A stretch of 64,000 nt of DNA from Rubrivivax sp. (GTDB lineage Bacteria > Pseudomonadota > Gammaproteobacteria > Burkholderiales > Burkholderiaceae_C): positions 376-64,375 of the forward strand of contig JAYVSX010000149.1 of NCBI GenBank assembly GCA_043774975.1, written 5' to 3'. Positions 60,573-64,000 of the stretch are shown here, one piece after another; position 1 is the stretch's first letter, and the number at the start of each line of letters is the position of its first letter. A program made the position numbers and the translations under genes. The notes beneath the pieces were generated by a model. It had not been told where the DNA came from, searched no databases, and was given only the letters and a program-made list of their open reading frames with translations.

Positions 60573-63500
60573 CTACAGATCGAACAACTCGCCTTTTCCG
60601 GTGATGAACGCGGCGCGCACGCTTGCGCCTGGCTGAAGCAGTCGCACCGCCTGCACGTAGCCGGCCATCTGCTGCCGATAGCCCGGCACCGCCAGAGGAT
60701 CGGTGTTCAGTTTGTAGTCCAGTACCCACCACTGCGGCCCTTGATCGGCCTGCGGCTTCAGTGCCACCAAGCGGTCAATGCGCAAGATCTGCCCCTCGAA
60801 GACGACCGGCACTTCATTGCCAGCCCAGTGCAGCGCGGTGGCGTCAAAAAAAACGTGGGTTGCCGGGCTGGCAAGCACGGCAGCCGCCATCTTGGCCAAG
60901 GTGTTCCCTTGCTGGACTGTCAAACCAAAGGCGGATGCCGCAGCCTGGGCTCCATCGGCCCATGGGTGGCGAACCTGTGGGGCCATCGGCCCAGTGGACC
61001 ATTCCATCAGGCGGTGGAAGGCCTGGCCAAGGCGCACGGCCTGCTCATCAGCCACTGACGGCTTGAAGTCGGTGGAAGAGGTGGGCCGAGGTGGGGCCGC
61101 GGGCAACACCGGCACCCATGTCGTGGGAGGCGCTGCTGGCCGTGCGCTTGGTGGTCCGCTTGATGGGGCGCTTGGTCGCGCGCTTGATGGTGTGGCTGGT
61201 GGTGCGGTTGACGCTGAGTTCGCAGCCTGGGCCGTGCCTGGGTCCGGCGCTTGGGGCGTCCACGCCTGTGCATGCGGTTCTGTGCGTTCCCACCACGGTC
61301 GAACGTTGGCCTCACGGCTGAACGGTTCGGTTCGACTGAAGACCAGCCATTCCCGGGCGCGGGTCATGGCGACGTAAAGCCCATTGATCTCCTCTCTTTG
61401 TTGAGACACTACTTCTGCAGCCCACAGGTCGCGCAGCGACGGGGCCATGTCCTTCTCACTGCGAACAAAGGCCACGCGACGCGGGCCCGGGTGGTCCACC
61501 GGCCAATCGACCAACAAGGCGTTGCGCAGCGGTGGCCGCCGCTCGGGATCGGCATCGGCCACCACCACCGCCCGGGCCTCCAGCCCTTTGGCGCCATGAA
61601 CCGTGAGCAGTTGGACCGCTTCAGACGGGGCCACGCCCGGCGCGCGAAGATGCCCCGAGCGCAACGCCCGGACCAGGCGGTACACCGAAGAAAAGCGCCC
61701 ACCTTCGTGCTGCAAGGCGGCCGCCAACAAAGCCCCAATCGCATGCAGCGACGCGGCGCGGCGTGGCGCGGGCACCGCCGCCGCCACGCGCGCCACCACA
61801 TCGCCCTGATGCACGATGCGGTCCAGCAAATCGTGCGGGGCCAAGCGAAGACCTTGCCATTGGCCTACCAACAATTGAGCCCGCGTCAGTGCAGCCGACG
61901 GGGTTTGTGGGGCTCGCAACAAGGCGGTCAGCCAAGGGCTGCGCTGCTCGGCCGCCTGCTGGGACAACCACAGCAGGTCGCTGTCGTCGGCGGCAAAGAT
62001 GGGGCTGCGCAGCGCACGCGCCAAGCTCAAGTCATGGCCCGGTGAAGCCAGGACGTCCAGCATGGCCGTCAAGTCCTGAGCTACGGGTGTGTCGGCCAGG
62101 GCCATGGCTTCAGCCACCACGTGGGGTACGCCCGCCTGGGCCAGGGCGTCGGCCACCAAACCCAGCATGCGGCGTTTGCGCGACAGAACCATGATCTCGC
62201 CCGGCAGCACTGCATGCTCACGCATCAGCTGCGCCACCGCTGCCGCCACCAGCGCCGCCTCTTGCGCACGCAAGATTTGGTCAGGCTCGGTTCGCGGTTC
62301 GGTCAAGGAGTCACGCCAGACCATCAGCTCGGCGTCCTTGGGGTTTTTGTCCGGTCGTTGCACGCTGGGCAGGCGCAGCACCTGGCCACTTTGCGCAGAA
62401 GCGGTGGTGTGAGGGCGGTAAGGGCCCCAGCCATCCATGCGGGCAGCCTCTTCAAAAACGGCGTTGAGTGCCTGGATCACGGGCGCGGCATTGCGCCGGG
62501 TGTGGTCGCACGCCAGCAGGCTGCCCTGCAGGCCCTCAACCACAAATTCGCACGCCGCTTCAAAGACCCTGGGCTCGGCACCGCGAAAACGGTAGATGCT
62601 TTGTTTGGGGTCGCCAACGATGAACAAGGCCAGGCCTTGCTGGCCGCTGGCGCCGCCGCCGGCCCCGACATAGGACGACAGCCAACCGTGCAGGACCTGC
62701 CACTGCTGAGGGTTGGTGTCCTGGAACTCGTCGATCAGCAGATGGCGCAAGCGCTGGTCCAGCCGTTCCTGCACCCAACCCGCGACGCTGCTGTCGCCCA
62801 GCATGGCTTCGGCCGCGCGTTCCAGGTCGGACATGTCGATCAAGCCACGCTGGCGTTTGAGCGCGGCAAACTCGGCCAGCAGCACGCGACTCAAGCCCAA
62901 CAGGTTGATGTGGTCCTCGTGGGCCGACTGCTGCAGCTGCATGTCACGCAGCGCCTGCAATTGGTCCAGCACCTGCAACTGCAGCACGCCATCACCCAGC
63001 TTCTTGCGCGGCGAGCCTTTTTCGGTGAACAGTGCGGCCCAGACGGCGTTCAGGACCTGTTCTGGCGAGCCTTGGGCTTGAGCTTCTACAAGTGCTGCAG
63101 CTGCCGTTTGCGCGGTCCTTGAACTGCTGCGCCCGAGTTCGCGCGCCAGTGCCGCGATGTCCTGCGACAAGGGCGCCTGCAGGATCAACTGAGCGGGGTT
63201 GTCCAGGCCCGCGCAGGCTTTGAAATGTTGAGCGGCGCTGGGAACCGAACGGTCGGCCGTGCCATGGGTTTCGGCGCGGCTCAACTCGGCGCCGCGGTTC
63301 CAGGCCTGTGCCAGCCAGTCGAGCAGCGTGGTCCGGCGGTGCTTGTGCACCAAGCCGACATAGACAGCGCGCAGTGCCGCGTCTTTCTCAACCCGGCTGT
63401 GAAAGCGACGAAAGAGTGCGGCGGCAAGAACTTGGGTGTCTTCTAGCACCTCATAGCGGGCGGGCAGTCCCAACTTCTCCAGCACCGCCAAGGGTGCATG

Positions 63501-63929
63501 GCTGAGCAGCTGCGCAAACCAGGCGTGAAAGGTGTGAACCTCGACGTTGCGGCCGCCACGCAACAGCCGTTCGTGCAAATCAGCCAGCACGGGTTGGGCC
63601 TGCAGCGCCTGGGTGGCCGACAAACCGCGATCAACCAGCGCCTGCTGGCGCTGCGCGGGTGTGCTGTGGGCGCCTGAGAACTGCACCAGCCACTCTTCCA
63701 AACGCGAGCGCATCTCGCCCGCCGCTTTGCGCGTGAAGGTGATGGCCAAAATCTGCTGCGGTTCGGCGCCGTCCAGCAAGGCTCGCAGCACCCGTGAGAC
63801 CAGCATCCAGGTCTTGCCAGCGCCAGCGCAGGCCTCCACCGCCACGCTGCGAGCGGGGTCGCAGGCCCGGGCGTAAAAGGCTTCAGCCGTGACGCCCTGT
63901 CCGTCCACACGGTAGGCGGGCGCGCTCAA
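60573..63929 (-). CDS. addA: AddA/RecB-like UvrD helicase-nuclease
   Basis: Motifs ACAGAGKT, AITFTRKAA, DEFQDT, VGDPKQSIYRFRGA, TVHGAKGLE and YVAMTRA; nuclease RIDRL...DYK. The TTG start overlaps the upstream stop. Confidence 0.92.
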   Translation of the reverse strand: MSAPAYRVDGQGVTAEAFYARACDPARSVAVEACAGAGKTWMLVSRVLRALLDGAEPQQILAITFTRKAAGEMRSRLEEWLVQFSGAHSTPAQRQQALVDRGLSATQALQAQPVLADLHERLLRGGRNVEVHTFHAWFAQLLSHAPLAVLEKLGLPARYEVLEDTQVLAAALFRRFHSRVEKDAALRAVYVGLVHKHRRTTLLDWLAQAWNRGAELSRAETHGTADRSVPSAAQHFKACAGLDNPAQLILQAPLSQDIAALARELGRSSSRTAQTAAAALVEAQAQGSPEQVLNAVWAALFTEKGSPRKKLGDGVLQLQVLDQLQALRDMQLQQSAHEDHINLLGLSRVLLAEFAALKRQRGLIDMSDLERAAEAMLGDSSVAGWVQERLDQRLRHLLIDEFQDTNPQQWQVLHGWLSSYVGAGGGASGQQGLALFIVGDPKQSIYRFRGAEPRVFEAACEFVVEGLQGSLLACDHTRRNAAPVIQALNAVFEEAARMDGWGPYRPHTTASAQSGQVLRLPSVQRPDKNPKDAELMVWRDSLTEPRTEPDQILRAQEAALVAAAVAQLMREHAVLPGEIMVLSRKRRMLGLVADALAQAGVPHVVAEAMALADTPVAQDLTAMLDVLASPGHDLSLARALRSPIFAADDSDLLWLSQQAAEQRSPWLTALLRAPQTPSAALTRAQLLVGQWQGLRLAPHDLLDRIVHQGDVVARVAAAVPAPRRAASLHAIGALLAAALQHEGGRFSSVYRLVRALRSGHLRAPGVAPSEAVQLLTVHGAKGLEARAVVVADADPERRPPLRNALLVDWPVDHPGPRRVAFVRSEKDMAPSLRDLWAAEVVSQQREEINGLYVAMTRAREWLVFSRTEPFSREANVRPWWERTEPHAQAWTPQAPDPGTAQAANSASTAPPATPSSARPSAPSSGPPSARPAAPPTTWVPVLPAAPPRPTSSTDFKPSVADEQAVRLGQAFHRLMEWSTGPMAPQVRHPWADGAQAAASAFGLTVQQGNTLAKMAAAVLASPATHVFFDATALHWAGNEVPVVFEGQILRIDRLVALKPQADQGPQWWVLDYKLNTDPLAVPGYRQQMAGYVQAVRLLQPGASVRAAFITGKGELFDL
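61140..61200. repeat. Degenerate 12-bp tandem repeat in the AddA helicase-nuclease linker
   Basis: CGCTTG(A/G)T units at 12-nt spacing, encoding PSSARPSAPSSGPPSAR. Confidence 0.6.
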
Positions 63930-64000
63930 AGGGCCTCCCAATGGTCGCGGCGGCAAAGGCCCCGCGCTTCACAGGTTTCACAGATATCGCCTTCGCCCAA
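63926..64000 (-). CDS. addB: C-terminus of AddB-like PD-(D/E)XK nuclease (partial)
   Basis: Reads LGEGDICETCEARGLCRRDHWEAL*; C-x2-C-x5-C Fe-S ligand pattern; directly upstream of addA. Confidence 0.8.
   Translation of the reverse strand: MGEGDICETCEARGLCRRDHWEAL

Overview
High-GC (roughly 65% by eye) chromosomal segment of a betaproteobacterium. Gene order and protein style suggest Burkholderiales, probably the Rubrivivax/Ideonella-like group. It is mostly core genome: nadC, fhs, tRNA-Ser(GCT)-lysC-tilS-accA-alkA-cysS, ppiA/ppiB/lpxH, clpS/clpA/cspD, murB/yajQ, ribF-ileS-lspA, recR-ybaB-dnaX, SRP RNA and addA/addB. Accessory genes are interspersed: a GH94 phosphorylase, three Hanks-type kinase-fold genes, a PruR-like protein next to a hybrid histidine kinase, a 2OG-dioxygenase/ammonia-lyase/peptidase cluster and a small glycosyltransferase cluster. 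I found no CRISPR array, integrase or transposase. The most interesting signals are missing from or obscured in the ORF track. (1) A ribosome-loaded leader upstream of rsgA has chained mini-ORFs and mutually exclusive hairpins. (2) A probably leaderless 35-codon uORF upstream of ileS has a single Ile codon in CGA-ATT-AGG context. (3) A probably leaderless uORF overlaps the dnaX start as TGATG. (4) Many genes have a -10-like hexamer 5-8 nt before the start codon. (5) A kinase-HDOD-GAF gene is paired with a pseudokinase-HDOD gene. (6) A PruR/DcpA-type pterin-sensing module is wired to a hybrid kinase. There are also two decayed genes: a WYL regulator and an MFS fragment. All calls come from reading motifs by eye; no searches were run.
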